From Candidatus Marinacidobacterium sp. (GTDB lineage Bacteria > Acidobacteriota > Vicinamibacteria > Marinacidobacterales > Marinacidobacteraceae), in NCBI GenBank assembly GCA_965262645.1, contig CBDHFO010000017.1:1016582-1080581 (forward strand): a stretch of 64,000 nucleotides of DNA. The letters run 5' to 3'. Below the pieces are notes generated by a model that was given only the letters and a program-made list of their open reading frames with translations, searched no databases and was not told the origin of the DNA. Below, piece by piece: positions 17,977 to 27,967 of the stretch; positions within the stretch are counted from its first letter, which is position 1; each line of letters begins with the position of its first letter. The position numbers were made by a program, and so were the translations under genes.

Positions 17977-18750
17977 TCAGGGCGTCACGGTCAGCGAAAC
18001 GGCTTCGTCCTCGCCCAGGAACTCGTCATTCGAGTGGAAGAACCAGCTCCGCTTCGCCGGGAGCCGCAGCCCGCCGTTCTCGATTTCTCCGTCGAGGTGG
18101 ATGTACTCGCCGTCGTTCGCCGATTCGTCGTGATAGAAGCGGTAACCGATCAGTCGGGCGGTGTCCGGGTGGAAATAGAAGTACCAGGTGTCGCCGCCGA
18201 CTTCGGGGTCGTAGGTGACCCGGACCTTGAGGGCGTCCTGGCCGTTATACGAATCGGCCACCGGCTCGGGGTCCACGATGGTCCCCGGATCCCGCAGCTT
18301 CATCGGTAGCCCCCAGACGAACAGGTAGTAGTTCCGGAGCCACATCACGCGTTCCGAATCGAGTCCGTGCTCGGCGAACGCTTCCTCATCGAGGCCCTCC
18401 TCGGCGTCTACCGCACGCATGAGAATCTCCTCTCCGGTCACCGCGAAGGTGGCCATCGCGGAGTCGGTCTCCCGATTCACAACCATCCTCCCGCTTCCCG
18501 GCGCCATCCTCACTTCGACGGCTCGCGCGACGCCGTTCGGCCGGGACTCCATGATCCGGAGGGCGATCTCGCCGGTGTCCCACCGACCGTCCGGATCGTG
18601 GTAGGCGATGGACTTCGCAATGAGCGCCTCGGAAGCCGGAACTTCGGGAACCGGAACCTCGGGAACCGGCGCCTCAGGGGCCGCTGATTCCCCACCGCAG
18701 CCCCCGAGGGCTCCAATCAACAGAATGCTCAGACAGTTTCTCGGCATCAC
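17977..18750 (-). CDS. Hypothetical lipoprotein
   Basis: 257 aa. MMPRNCLSILLIGALGGCGG lipobox. No family recognised with certainty. Confidence 0.7.
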   Translation of the reverse strand: MMPRNCLSILLIGALGGCGGESAAPEAPVPEVPVPEVPASEALIAKSIAYHDPDGRWDTGEIALRIMESRPNGVARAVEVRMAPGSGRMVVNRETDSAMATFAVTGEEILMRAVDAEEGLDEEAFAEHGLDSERVMWLRNYYLFVWGLPMKLRDPGTIVDPEPVADSYNGQDALKVRVTYDPEVGGDTWYFYFHPDTARLIGYRFYHDESANDGEYIHLDGEIENGGLRLPAKRSWFFHSNDEFLGEDEAVSLTVTP

Positions 18751-18770
18751 GTACCTCCTTGGCTGGCGGG

Positions 18771-20288
18771 CTACCCGCCAAACTCGATTCCCTGGGCGAG
18801 CGGCAGATCCTTCGACCAGTTGATGGTGTTCGTCTGACGGCGCATGTAGGCCTTCCAGGCGTCCGAGCCGGATTCCCGGCCGCCGCCGGTGTCCTTCTCG
18901 CCGCCGAAAGCGCCCCCGATTTCCGCCCCCGAGGTGCCGATGTTCACGTTGGCGATTCCGCAGTCGGAGCCCCGCGCCGAGAGAAAGGTCTCAGCTTCCC
19001 GGAGGCTGTCGGTGAAGATCGCCGAGGACAGGCCCTGCGGCACGTCGTTGTGAAGGGCGAGCGCCTGCTCCAGCGAATCGGTCTCCAGAACGTAGAGGAT
19101 GGGAGCGAAGGTTTCTTCGGCCACCAGCGATGTCTGGGCGGACATCCTGACGATGGCCGGTTCCACATGGTTCGGGCCCACGTCGGGCCGGCGCGCACCG
19201 CCGCAGACGACGGTTCCACCTTCGGCCACCACCCGCTCCAGCGCTCCTTGCATCGCCTCGACCGCGCCGGCCGAAATGAGCGGACCCATAAGGGTGGCGG
19301 AATCGAGCGGGTCCCCGATGGGGACCTGCCGATAGGCGCCGGCAAGCCGGTCCACCAGCGGACCGGCGATCTCCCGATCGGCGATCACCCGGCGGGTGGT
19401 GGTGCAGCGCTGGCCGGTGGTGCCCACCGAGCCGAAGACGATGGCCCGCACCGCCAGATCGAGATCGGCGTTTCGGCTGACGACCACCGCGTTGTTGCCT
19501 CCGAGCTCCAGCAGGCAGCGGCCGAGCCGGCCCGCGACCTCGGTGGCGACCTTGCGGCCTACCCGGGTCGAGCCGGTGAAGGAGATCAGTGGCAGCCGCC
19601 GGTCGGCGGCGAGAGCGGCGCCGAGGTCCCCGCCTCCCACGAGCAGGTTGAATACCCCGGAGACGCCGTGGTCATCCATCACCCGATTCGCGATGTTCTG
19701 CACCGCGACCGCGCAGAGCGGAGTGTGTTCCGACGGCTTCCAGATCACCGGGTCGCCGCACACCGCGGCGATCGCCGCGTTCCACGACCAGACCGCCATG
19801 GGGAAGTTGAAGGCGGTGATCGCTCCGATCGGTCCGAGCGGGTGCCACTGCTCGAACATCCGGTGGCCGGGCCGCTCCGATGCCATGGTGAGCCCGTAGA
19901 GCTGGCGCGACAGACCCACCGCGAAGTCGCAGACGTCGATCATCTCCTGGACTTCGCCGTGGCCTTCGGCGCGGATTTTCCCGGCCTCGAGGGCGATCAG
20001 ATCTCCCAGCGGTTCCTTGTCGTCGCGGAGCGCGCTCCCCAGATCGCGCACCAGGTCCCCGCGCTTCGGCGCCGGCAGCTCGCGGAACGAACGGAAGGCC
20101 TCCGTCGCTTCGGCCACCACCTGCTCGGCGGCGCGCCGGTCCGCGGGGACGACGGCGGCGATGGGCTCGCCCGTCGAAGGGTTCAGCGAGACGAGAGGCG
20201 CCTCTCCGGTGAGGATCCAGCCCTCCGGGCCGGTGCAGGCGCCGGGAGCGCCGTCTCCGAGTCCCAATCGATCCAGAACGGTGTGCAT
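18771..20288 (-). CDS. Aldehyde dehydrogenase, ALDH7 (alpha-aminoadipic semialdehyde / piperideine-6-carboxylate dehydrogenase)-like
   Basis: ELGGNNA, FGSVGTTGQRCTTTRR (catalytic Cys), C-terminus GSDAWKAYMRRQTNTINWSKDLPLAQGIEF characteristic of antiquitin-type ALDHs. Start is either 20288 (MHTVLDRLGL) or 20336. Confidence 0.9.
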   Translation of the reverse strand: MHTVLDRLGLGDGAPGACTGPEGWILTGEAPLVSLNPSTGEPIAAVVPADRRAAEQVVAEATEAFRSFRELPAPKRGDLVRDLGSALRDDKEPLGDLIALEAGKIRAEGHGEVQEMIDVCDFAVGLSRQLYGLTMASERPGHRMFEQWHPLGPIGAITAFNFPMAVWSWNAAIAAVCGDPVIWKPSEHTPLCAVAVQNIANRVMDDHGVSGVFNLLVGGGDLGAALAADRRLPLISFTGSTRVGRKVATEVAGRLGRCLLELGGNNAVVVSRNADLDLAVRAIVFGSVGTTGQRCTTTRRVIADREIAGPLVDRLAGAYRQVPIGDPLDSATLMGPLISAGAVEAMQGALERVVAEGGTVVCGGARRPDVGPNHVEPAIVRMSAQTSLVAEETFAPILYVLETDSLEQALALHNDVPQGLSSAIFTDSLREAETFLSARGSDCGIANVNIGTSGAEIGGAFGGEKDTGGGRESGSDAWKAYMRRQTNTINWSKDLPLAQGIEFGG

Positions 20289-20375
20289 GTCGCCGGTATC
20301 GTAAAGGGACGCGACAGCGGGAGCAGCGACCTCCAACCGAAGCTTGGGCGTTGCCCGACAGGGGACCGCCGGTAA

Positions 20376-20427
20376 GGAGCGCCGGTCTTCAGACCGGCAT
20401 CGTCCGCCGGAGGCGGGCGAAACTCAC
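20376..20427 (+). repeat. REP-like double-hairpin element, copy b
   Basis: GGAGCGCCGGTCTTCAGACCGGCATCGTCCGCCGGAGGCGGGCGAAACTCACC. Confidence 0.8.
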
Positions 20428-20632
20428 CATGTAGAGCGCCCGAGAGGCTGGAACCGTTCCCTACCACCCCGGCATCGCCCGCCAGGAGGCGGGCGACAGG
20501 CGCAGCGTCAACCATTCCGTGTAACACGAAACGGAGAGGCGCCAAGGCCAGGTGCGGCCCCTTCTCGCTCTCTTCCGCGATCTGCCATGAACCCGGTTCC
20601 GCAAGGGCGGCGGGGTTGCAATGGGTTCCTGG

Positions 20633-20685
20633 GTGTCAGAAAAAGATAATATATTTATGACACACTTATTCGAAGGAGGCAACGC
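20633..20685 (+). promoter_or_regulatory. Candidate abiE promoter/operator and RBS
   Basis: Inverted repeat GTGTCA (20633-38) / TGACAC (20658-63) brackets a 19-bp AT-rich core GAAAAAGATAATATATTTA. AAGGAGG at 20673-79 lies 6 nt before ATG 20686. Confidence 0.4.
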
Positions 20686-21309
20686 ATGACCGGAACCGCC
20701 ACCCGCATCATGAAGCGTGTGCGCGTCCGAGGCAGGGGGAAGTGGGTCTTCGGCGCCACCGATTTTCTGGACATCGGCAAACGGCCCGCTGTAGACCAGG
20801 CGTTGTCACGGCTCGCGAAGAAGGAAGACCTTCGACGGATTGGCCCCGGTCTCTACGATCGGCCCCGAATCAGCCGGGTGCTGAATGGACCTGCCCCCGC
20901 CGATATGGACGCAGTCATTGCCGCTATCGCTCGACGAGACAATGTGCGCATCGTGCGCGATGGCGCCGCCGCCGCGAACCAACTCGGCCTCACGAACGCG
21001 GTGCCGGCCAAAGCCGGCTATCTGACCGATGGGCCAAGCCGCGTCATCACCGTTGACGGGCGAACGATTCGCCTGCGACACGCGGGACCGCGTGTAATGA
21101 GCTGGGCTCACCGACCGGCGGGACCCGTCGTCCAAGCCCTGCGGTGGCTGGGAAAAGACAACCTCAAGGACACCGGGATCGTCACAACCCTCGCCTCCCG
21201 GCTTCCGGATGTCGTGAAGAAAGACATCGTCCGCCACCGGCGGTACCTGCCCGGCTGGGTCGCGGATCTGGCACGGGATCTCGAAACACCGGAGAACCCG
21301 GCCGAATGA
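20686..21309 (+). CDS. AbiEi-family (DUF6088-like) type IV antitoxin / transcriptional regulator
   Basis: 207 aa. N-terminal wHTH-like region (FLDIGKRPAVDQALSRLAKKEDLRRIGPGLY). Stop overlaps the start of the nucleotidyltransferase gene (ATGA). Confidence 0.75.
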   Translation: MTGTATRIMKRVRVRGRGKWVFGATDFLDIGKRPAVDQALSRLAKKEDLRRIGPGLYDRPRISRVLNGPAPADMDAVIAAIARRDNVRIVRDGAAAANQLGLTNAVPAKAGYLTDGPSRVITVDGRTIRLRHAGPRVMSWAHRPAGPVVQALRWLGKDNLKDTGIVTTLASRLPDVVKKDIVRHRRYLPGWVADLARDLETPENPAE

Positions 21310-22354
21310 ACGACGCGTTCCGCCGATTCCTCAGCCTTCCTGACCGTGACCGGGCAGATGTATTCGAGGAAACGTCCCGTCGGCTCGATACGCCGCCAGC
21401 CTATGTCGAAAAGGACTTTTGGGTCTGTCTTACCCTCGATCTGCTCTACAACGGATTACCGGACGGTCACCCGAGATTGCTCTTCAAGGGCGGCACCTCG
21501 TTATCGAAGGCATTCCAACTGGTCCCGCGCTTCTCGGAAGACATTGACATTGTCGTGGATCGGAGAGACCTCGGTTTCAGCGGGGGCTCTGACCCGACGG
21601 CCATTGGCCTGTCACGCAAGGCCCGAGAGAGGGCGTTCGCAAGGCTCCGTTCGCAAGGCTCAAGGATGCTTGCCGTAGCTACGTCTTCAGCAGCCTCCAA
21701 GCCGAACTCGAAGCACTCAATGACGGCTTCGGCGGCGGACGCGTCGTTCGGGACGACGAGCATTCCGACCCAACCCTGCTGATCAAGTATCCAACCCTCT
21801 TCCCGCACCCGGAACTTTCCTACGTCACACCAGGAGTACGGATCGAGTGCGGGTCGCGATCAGCACTCGGCCCCCGGCGGAACTCCACGGTTACGCCGTT
21901 CATCGCGGATGAACTCACCGAGTGGTCCCTCGCGGTCGAGAACATTGCAGCGATTTCTCCCACCCGCACGTATTGGGAGAAGCTACTGATCCTCCACGGT
22001 TGGCATTGCGGTTTCCGTGACGAAGGCCGACTCCCGAAGGACCAACATCGGCTCTCGCGTCACTACTACGACGCGGCCATGATCACCGCGACGGAACTGG
22101 GAGCCAAGGCCCTCCAAGACCACGAACTGCTCGGCGAGGTTCGGCGCCACAACCTGATGGCCTTCCCGCAACGCTGGAAGCGCTTTGACGAAGCGGTCCC
22201 CGGGAAGGTACGGCTCCTGCCACAACCGGATTTGATGGCCGTTGTCGAACGGGACTACCGCGCCATGCAGGGGATGATTATGGGCGATGCTCCTGAATTC
22301 GATTGGATCATCGCACAGAGCAGAATTGCGGAGACCCGAGCCAACCAGTCATGA
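21306..22354 (+). pseudogene. AbiEii/AbiGii-family nucleotidyltransferase toxin, disrupted by a 14-bp tandem duplication
   Basis: N-terminus LLFKGGTSLSKAF...RFSEDIDIVV (NTase motif) in frame 0. CGTTCGCAAGGCTC occurs twice in tandem (21634-21647 and 21648-21661). Downstream the protein continues without stops in frame +2 to 22354 (includes track ORF 22079..22354). Removing one copy restores a single 344-aa ORF. Confidence 0.8.
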
Positions 22355-22381
22355 CACACCGCCAACGGGGTCGGCGGCGGC

Positions 22382-24532
22382 TCACTGCAGGACCTGGTAG
22401 CCAGGTTCGTTCTCGACGATCAGGATTCGCTGGTTCGCGGGAATGTTCCGCAGCACGCGGTGGCCGCCGCCCGGCCACCGGATGCTGACTTCGGCAACCG
22501 TGTGGTGCTGTCCGAGGCCGAACTCCAGAATCGGACTGGGCGTCACTCCAAAGCCCCCACCAATCGCAACCTCCTGCAGTTGCACGGGCGCATCCGGCGC
22601 ATCGGTGACCCGCAGGGCCACCTGGGCGCCGACGGCATCGGGATGGAGGCTCGAGGCGCGGAGCAGGATGTGGAGCCAGCCGTTCGGATGCGGCATTTGC
22701 GAGGCCGGATTCCGGTAGAAGCGGCTGCGCTGGCGATCCCCGGGGAATGCCCCACCGATGGGAACGAAAAGATCCAGGTCGCCGTCGTGGTCGGGGTCGG
22801 CAAAGGTCGCGCCGTGCCCCTTCCCCAGGTCGTCCACCCCGGCCGAGGCGCTGACGTCCGCGAACGTTCCATCACCTGAATTGCGAAACAGCCGATTTGC
22901 CTCGAATCGCTCCATGGGTGGCGCGCCTACCCCGATGAAGATGTCGAGCCAGCCGTCGTTGTCGTAGTCGCCGAAGGTGGCCGCCATGGCGCCGAGGTTC
23001 CAGGAAAGCCCGGCTTCGGCGGTGACGTCGGTGAAGGTGCCGTCGCCGTCGTTGCGGTAAAGCGCCAGGCGGCTGCCCTCGGCAACGGCCTTCCCGGCAA
23101 TGCGGCTCTGGAGCGCCACCTCCATGTCGGAAGTGAAGCCCACCACCAGAATGTCGAGCCAGCCATCGTTGTCGTAGTCGAAAAAGAACCCGACGAAACC
23201 TTCGTGCGGGGCGGCGATGCCGGCCGCGTCGGAAACATCCTCGAATCCTCCGCCCTCGAGGTTGCGGTAGAGCACCGGACGGTCGAAGAAGTTGACGACC
23301 AGCAGGTCGGGCCAGCCGTCGTTGTCATAGTCGCCGAAGGCTGAGCCGATGGAGCGGCCGTGGTCCGCCACTCCCATGGCCTCCGCCCACTCCACGAACC
23401 GTCCTTCGGGAAGCCCGAGGAAGAGCTCGTTGGCGGTTCCTCCCCGGGTGGCGACCCCGTTCGCCACGTACACGTCAAGGAGGCCGTCGCGGTTCACGTC
23501 GGCCACCGCCGCCGTGAAGCTGTCGGCGCCGCTCAGGATTCCCGCGGCCGCCGCAACATCCACGAAGCGGCCGCCCTCGTTGCGATAGAGGCTGTTGTCG
23601 TCCTCGCCGTCCCAGCCGTCGCGGGTCACGTAGAGATCCGGATCACCGTCGCGGTCGTAGTCGAAAAAGAGCGCGGACCACCCTCCGCGCGGATCGAAAA
23701 GCCCCGCATCGAGAGCCGCGGATGCGAAGGTCGCGGCGCCGTCCTCGCGCAGGCGGTTTCGGTAGAGCGCGTGCGGGTCCCGGATCCCGAGGGCGAACAG
23801 ATCCAGATCTCCGTCCCCGTCGAAGTCGGCCCAGCCGCTGGCCCGAGCCCGCGACCAGCGCTCGATCCCGATGTCGGCCGAGACCTCCTCGAAGCGAACG
23901 GGCGACTTCGCGCCGCGATCCGGAATCTCGAGGCGGTAGCGCTCGGGAAGCGATGACGGATCGCCGGCCGCCCGCTCCGCGGCAACCATCAGGTTCCAGC
24001 GCGGCTCGAGCATTTCGGGCTCGAGATCCACCGCTTGGCGCAGCGCCGCCGAGGCGGGACCGGGAGCCCCCATCCGGAGGAGCGTCGCCCCCAGGGCGCG
24101 AAGGGTGGTGGGGCTGTCCGGCGTCTCCCGGAGAACGACCTCGAAGTCGGCGGTGGCGGCGGGGTAGTCGCCGAGCCGCAGCCGGGCGATGCCCCGCCAG
24201 TGGTACTGCCGCGGATTCGTGCCGTCGAGCGTGATGGCGCGGGAGAGATGGTGATCAGCCCGCCGGAGGCTCGTATAGCCGCGCTGGATGTACGCGAGCC
24301 CCACGTAGAAATGGGCCCCGGGGTGGTCAGGATCCAGCGCGATCGCGTACTGGAAGAGCTCGATGGCGCGGTCGTTGTTGCGGAGGCCCACCATACGGAG
24401 GCCGTGCTGGAAGTGCTCCTCCGCTTCCTGTATGCGGATGTCGGGAGCGCCGTCCTGAGCCGCGGCGTGGGTCCAAGGCAGCACCGCGAACGCCAGCGCG
24501 AGGGCCAGCCGTTTCCGGAACGGGCGTTTCAC
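22382..24532 (-). CDS. CRTAC1-family protein: N-terminal TPR, FG-GAP/VCBS repeats, C-terminal ASPIC/UnbV domain
   Basis: 716 aa, signal peptide. Repeated DxDxDGxxD motifs (DFDGDGDLDLF, DYDRDGDPDLYV, DYDNDGWPDLLV, DYDNDGWLDILV, DPDHDGDLDLFV). C-terminal NGWLHILL...GGGFG...LEFGLG. Confidence 0.85.
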   Translation of the reverse strand: MKRPFRKRLALALAFAVLPWTHAAAQDGAPDIRIQEAEEHFQHGLRMVGLRNNDRAIELFQYAIALDPDHPGAHFYVGLAYIQRGYTSLRRADHHLSRAITLDGTNPRQYHWRGIARLRLGDYPAATADFEVVLRETPDSPTTLRALGATLLRMGAPGPASAALRQAVDLEPEMLEPRWNLMVAAERAAGDPSSLPERYRLEIPDRGAKSPVRFEEVSADIGIERWSRARASGWADFDGDGDLDLFALGIRDPHALYRNRLREDGAATFASAALDAGLFDPRGGWSALFFDYDRDGDPDLYVTRDGWDGEDDNSLYRNEGGRFVDVAAAAGILSGADSFTAAVADVNRDGLLDVYVANGVATRGGTANELFLGLPEGRFVEWAEAMGVADHGRSIGSAFGDYDNDGWPDLLVVNFFDRPVLYRNLEGGGFEDVSDAAGIAAPHEGFVGFFFDYDNDGWLDILVVGFTSDMEVALQSRIAGKAVAEGSRLALYRNDGDGTFTDVTAEAGLSWNLGAMAATFGDYDNDGWLDIFIGVGAPPMERFEANRLFRNSGDGTFADVSASAGVDDLGKGHGATFADPDHDGDLDLFVPIGGAFPGDRQRSRFYRNPASQMPHPNGWLHILLRASSLHPDAVGAQVALRVTDAPDAPVQLQEVAIGGGFGVTPSPILEFGLGQHHTVAEVSIRWPGGGHRVLRNIPANQRILIVENEPGYQVLQ

Positions 24533-24600
24533 GCCAGGGACGATACGGGAAAGGGGCGGGGGCCCTCCGGCCCCCGCCCCGACATCGGGTACGCGAGCGA

Positions 24601-27432
24601 TCAGTAGGTGATCTTGACGCCAATCATGAGCCGGCGAGGATCCACGTAGCGCTCGCCGAGGCCGAACAGACTGGAATCCCAGGTCTGGGACGCCACATCC
24701 TCGGGAGATGTCGCGTTCATCAGGTTGAGCCCGTCGACGAACACCTCGAACCGGGTCCTTTCCGCGAGGAACGCGGACTTCGAGATCCGGACATCCAGCA
24801 GGTTCTGATCATCCAGCCGTCTCGATCCGGGGCTTTCGAGATTGACGTTTCGTCCGCCCTGCGACAGGACTTCCCTCGGAATTCGGCCGCGTTGCGCCCA
24901 CGGCTTGCCGTTGAAGTAGGCGTAATTCCATCCGAACAGGACGTCGAAGGGCAGGATCACCGTCCCGGTGATCCGGAACGTATGGGTCCGGTCGTTGAGC
25001 AGATGCCCCTCCGCGTTGATGAACTGGTTCGGGTCACGGGCCAGCGAACTGCCGTACACCCGCGTGGTCTGGCTCGACGCCGCTCCGAACCCGCTGGACG
25101 GCAGGATCCCGTAAGCCTTCGACCAGACATAGGAGACCTGCGCCTGCCAGTTGTCGGACATCCTCTTTTCGAAGCCGAAGACGAATCCGTTGTAGTCCAT
25201 GTACATCGGATCGCAACGGTAGGAAACGCCCTCGCAGTCCACGTTGCTCAGACGGTAGAAGCGGAGGTCGGGATCCGAGGTGATGGGATAGGCCTCGATG
25301 GTCTGGCCGTTGCCGAAGGCGTGGGAAGCGGTCGTGTAGGTGGCGTTGTCCACGTTCCAGCCGAGCAGGTCGTTCTGGTCCTTGCGGACGTAGGTGAAGC
25401 TGAAGGCGAGGCTGGTTCCGAGCTCCCGATCGAAGCCGATGGACATCTGGTCCGTGACCGGAGACGCGGAACTGGAGTCGTACCCCACGTCGGTGGCCGG
25501 CTCGTACTTCGGTCCCTCGATGTCGTACCTCTGAGTCTCGGGATTCCAGTAGAAGTCCTGGGAGCTTCCCTGCCCGGGATGGAGATTGCTCAGTTCGCCG
25601 GTGATGGCCGTCCGGTAGAACCGCCCCCAGTTGCCGCGGAGGACGGTCTTCCCGTCGTCATCGAGCCGCATGTTGAAGCCGAGCCTCGGCCCGAAGTTGG
25701 TCCAACTGAACTGCTCCCCGGCGCCGGAAGCGATCCCCTGCTTGTCGAAGGTGAGCGCCTCGAGGTCGTTCACCAGCAGGTCGTCCACGTCCTGGCTGAT
25801 CCCGCGCACCCGATCCATCCGCACACCGGCGGACACGGTGACGCGGTTCCCGACGTTGATGACATCTTCCACGTACGCCGACGTCTCCTTGAACTGCCCT
25901 CCTTTGTTGTAGGTGGTGCCGGTGAGGATCGAGTAGGGAGTGCCGTCGCCGTAGATGTAGTAATAGACCCCGCCGGGGTAGTTGGGGCCGGGGACGTAGC
26001 CGCCGTGCGAGCTGTGGGACCCGTCCACGTAATTGACGCCGAACTTGAAGTCGTGGTCGCCGCCCAGCCAGTCGCTGGCGTAGTGACTGACCTTTCCCTT
26101 CAGGTCCGTGCGCGCCTGCTTGAAGATGTCGTAGTAGCCATAGCCGCCGTAACTGATTTCGTTTTCGAAGTCAAAGGTTGCAGGGACTCCGGGGTTGTTC
26201 GACTCGCTGAGGTCGCGCGGGGAGTAGAAACCCGATACTCCGACCTCATAGAAGGTCTCGGAGCTGAGGATGTGAGTGATGCGACCGAAGGTCACCGAAG
26301 GGTTCTTCCCACTGAAGGTGGCGATGGTGGAAAAGGGAGCTGACACTGACGGGGTGGAGGGAATCACCCAGATGTCATCGTGGTAGGTATGCATGAACTT
26401 GACGTTCGGGGTGATATCCGCCGTCAGTTTCCAGAACATGCGGTGAGCGCCGAACTTGCGGGGGAACTGCGGATCCGCCCCCGGCTGCGTGTCCCAGTCC
26501 TGCAGGTACTGGTAGTTGGCGTACAGCCACGCCCGGTCGCGAATGACCGGCCCGCCGAAATGCACGGTGTAGTCGTCGTAGCGGTCCCGGTTGTACCCCC
26601 AACCGCTCGGATCCTCGTCGCCGTCGGCGTTGAGCTTGATGGGCTGGGTAGTCAGCGAGCTGTGCTGCTTGTAACCGGCGGCCGTGATCGTGAAGTTGTT
26701 CGTCCCCTGCTTGGTCACCACGTTGAAGACAGCGCCCGCCGCGCTTCCGTGCTCGGCCGAAGCGCCGAGGGAAACGATCTCCATTTCCTCGATCACGTCG
26801 GTGGCCGGCCACGGCCAGGCGGCGCCCGAGACCGGGGCCGTGAAGTCCACCCCGTCCATGAGGTACTTGTTCTCGTCCACCCCGGACCCGAACGCGGACA
26901 CCCGGCTGCTCGTGCCGCTGGTGGGGTTCGTCGCCGACATGCCCGGGGCCGACTTCGTGAAGTCGAAGAAGCTGAACCGGCGGAGCGGGGTGTTCTCCAT
27001 GTACTCGCTCGAGTAGTTCGTCGAGACCCCGGACTTGCGGGTGTCCACCACCGGGGTTTCGCCGGTGACGGTCACCGTCTCGGCAACGGTGGCAAGGCCG
27101 AGCGCGACGGCCCGCTCTACGGTGCCTCCCACCAGGACCTGCATCCCTTCCTCGATGTAGGTACCGAAGCCGGAGAGTTCCGCCGTGAGGATGTAATCGC
27201 CGGGAGGCAGGTTCGGGAAGCGGTACTGCCCGGAGGCGTTGGTCACTGCCGAGCGCGGACCGCCGGGAAGCTGATCCGAGGAGACGCTGACCGTCGCCCC
27301 GGGGAGAACGAGTCCCTGGTCGTCTGACACCGTGCCCAGGATCGTGCCGGTGATCTGGCCGAACGCCGAGCCGGCGGCAAGGACGAGTCCGAGCGCCAGC
27401 AGGCCTCCAAACAGCTTTCGATGGTTGATCAT
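24601..27432 (-). CDS. TonB-dependent receptor with N-terminal carboxypeptidase-regulatory-like domain
   Basis: 943 aa, signal peptide. GTILGTVSDDQGLVLPGATVSV...SGQYRFPNLPPGDYIL (CarbopepD_reg-like), plug-like segment, long beta-barrel, terminal aromatic residue (ITY). Confidence 0.85.
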   Translation of the reverse strand: MINHRKLFGGLLALGLVLAAGSAFGQITGTILGTVSDDQGLVLPGATVSVSSDQLPGGPRSAVTNASGQYRFPNLPPGDYILTAELSGFGTYIEEGMQVLVGGTVERAVALGLATVAETVTVTGETPVVDTRKSGVSTNYSSEYMENTPLRRFSFFDFTKSAPGMSATNPTSGTSSRVSAFGSGVDENKYLMDGVDFTAPVSGAAWPWPATDVIEEMEIVSLGASAEHGSAAGAVFNVVTKQGTNNFTITAAGYKQHSSLTTQPIKLNADGDEDPSGWGYNRDRYDDYTVHFGGPVIRDRAWLYANYQYLQDWDTQPGADPQFPRKFGAHRMFWKLTADITPNVKFMHTYHDDIWVIPSTPSVSAPFSTIATFSGKNPSVTFGRITHILSSETFYEVGVSGFYSPRDLSESNNPGVPATFDFENEISYGGYGYYDIFKQARTDLKGKVSHYASDWLGGDHDFKFGVNYVDGSHSSHGGYVPGPNYPGGVYYYIYGDGTPYSILTGTTYNKGGQFKETSAYVEDVINVGNRVTVSAGVRMDRVRGISQDVDDLLVNDLEALTFDKQGIASGAGEQFSWTNFGPRLGFNMRLDDDGKTVLRGNWGRFYRTAITGELSNLHPGQGSSQDFYWNPETQRYDIEGPKYEPATDVGYDSSSASPVTDQMSIGFDRELGTSLAFSFTYVRKDQNDLLGWNVDNATYTTASHAFGNGQTIEAYPITSDPDLRFYRLSNVDCEGVSYRCDPMYMDYNGFVFGFEKRMSDNWQAQVSYVWSKAYGILPSSGFGAASSQTTRVYGSSLARDPNQFINAEGHLLNDRTHTFRITGTVILPFDVLFGWNYAYFNGKPWAQRGRIPREVLSQGGRNVNLESPGSRRLDDQNLLDVRISKSAFLAERTRFEVFVDGLNLMNATSPEDVASQTWDSSLFGLGERYVDPRRLMIGVKITY

Positions 27433-27568
27433 CAGAACCTCCGATGGACGTTGACGAGCCCGGAAACGGCAGAAACCGCATCGAACCCAGCGTTGGACCG
27501 TATGCGCGTTTGCCCCTACGTGTCAATCACCTACTACCGATCCCGACCGGTGCGCAGTCCCCTGTGAT

Positions 27569-27907
27569 TCAGAGCACCCACGGCTCCTCGCGGACCATGT
27601 CCGCCTCACATCCGAAGGCCGCGTTCAGCGCCCTGCAGACCTCGAACATGCGGCCTGGACCGAGCCGGCCGATCCATTGCTGGAGGTCGGATCGCGGCAC
27701 GGTCTGGACGTGGTCCAGATTCACCACCGTTCGTGTTTCAGTCCCTCGACCACTCCGACCCGAACCTCCGTCGGCATTCCACGAATCGTGAAGGTAATCG
27801 GCACGACCGTGACCGGGTGGAGCCAGGCCGCCAGCACGTCGCAGGTGAGCACGAGGACCGGGCGGCGCATCCGGACCGGTCAGGGCAGCGCGACCCGCCA
27901 CTTGCAC
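27569..27907 (-). pseudogene. Decayed MazF/PemK-like toxin copy
   Basis: The C-terminal 52 codons (VVNLDHVQTVPRSDLQQWIGRLGPGRMFEVCRALNAAFGCEADMVREEPWVL) closely match the intact copy at 28730-29089. The N-terminal half (RRPVLVLT...VVPITFTIRGMPTEVRVGVVEGLKHE) is in another frame because 1 nt is missing near 27727. An in-frame TGA (27880-27882) precedes it. No antitoxin gene lies upstream. Confidence 0.65.
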
Positions 27908-27967
27908 GGCGATCGATCGGAAACCGGCGGTCCCCCGGCGCCGGGTTTCAGGGAAGTCGGGGGGTGG

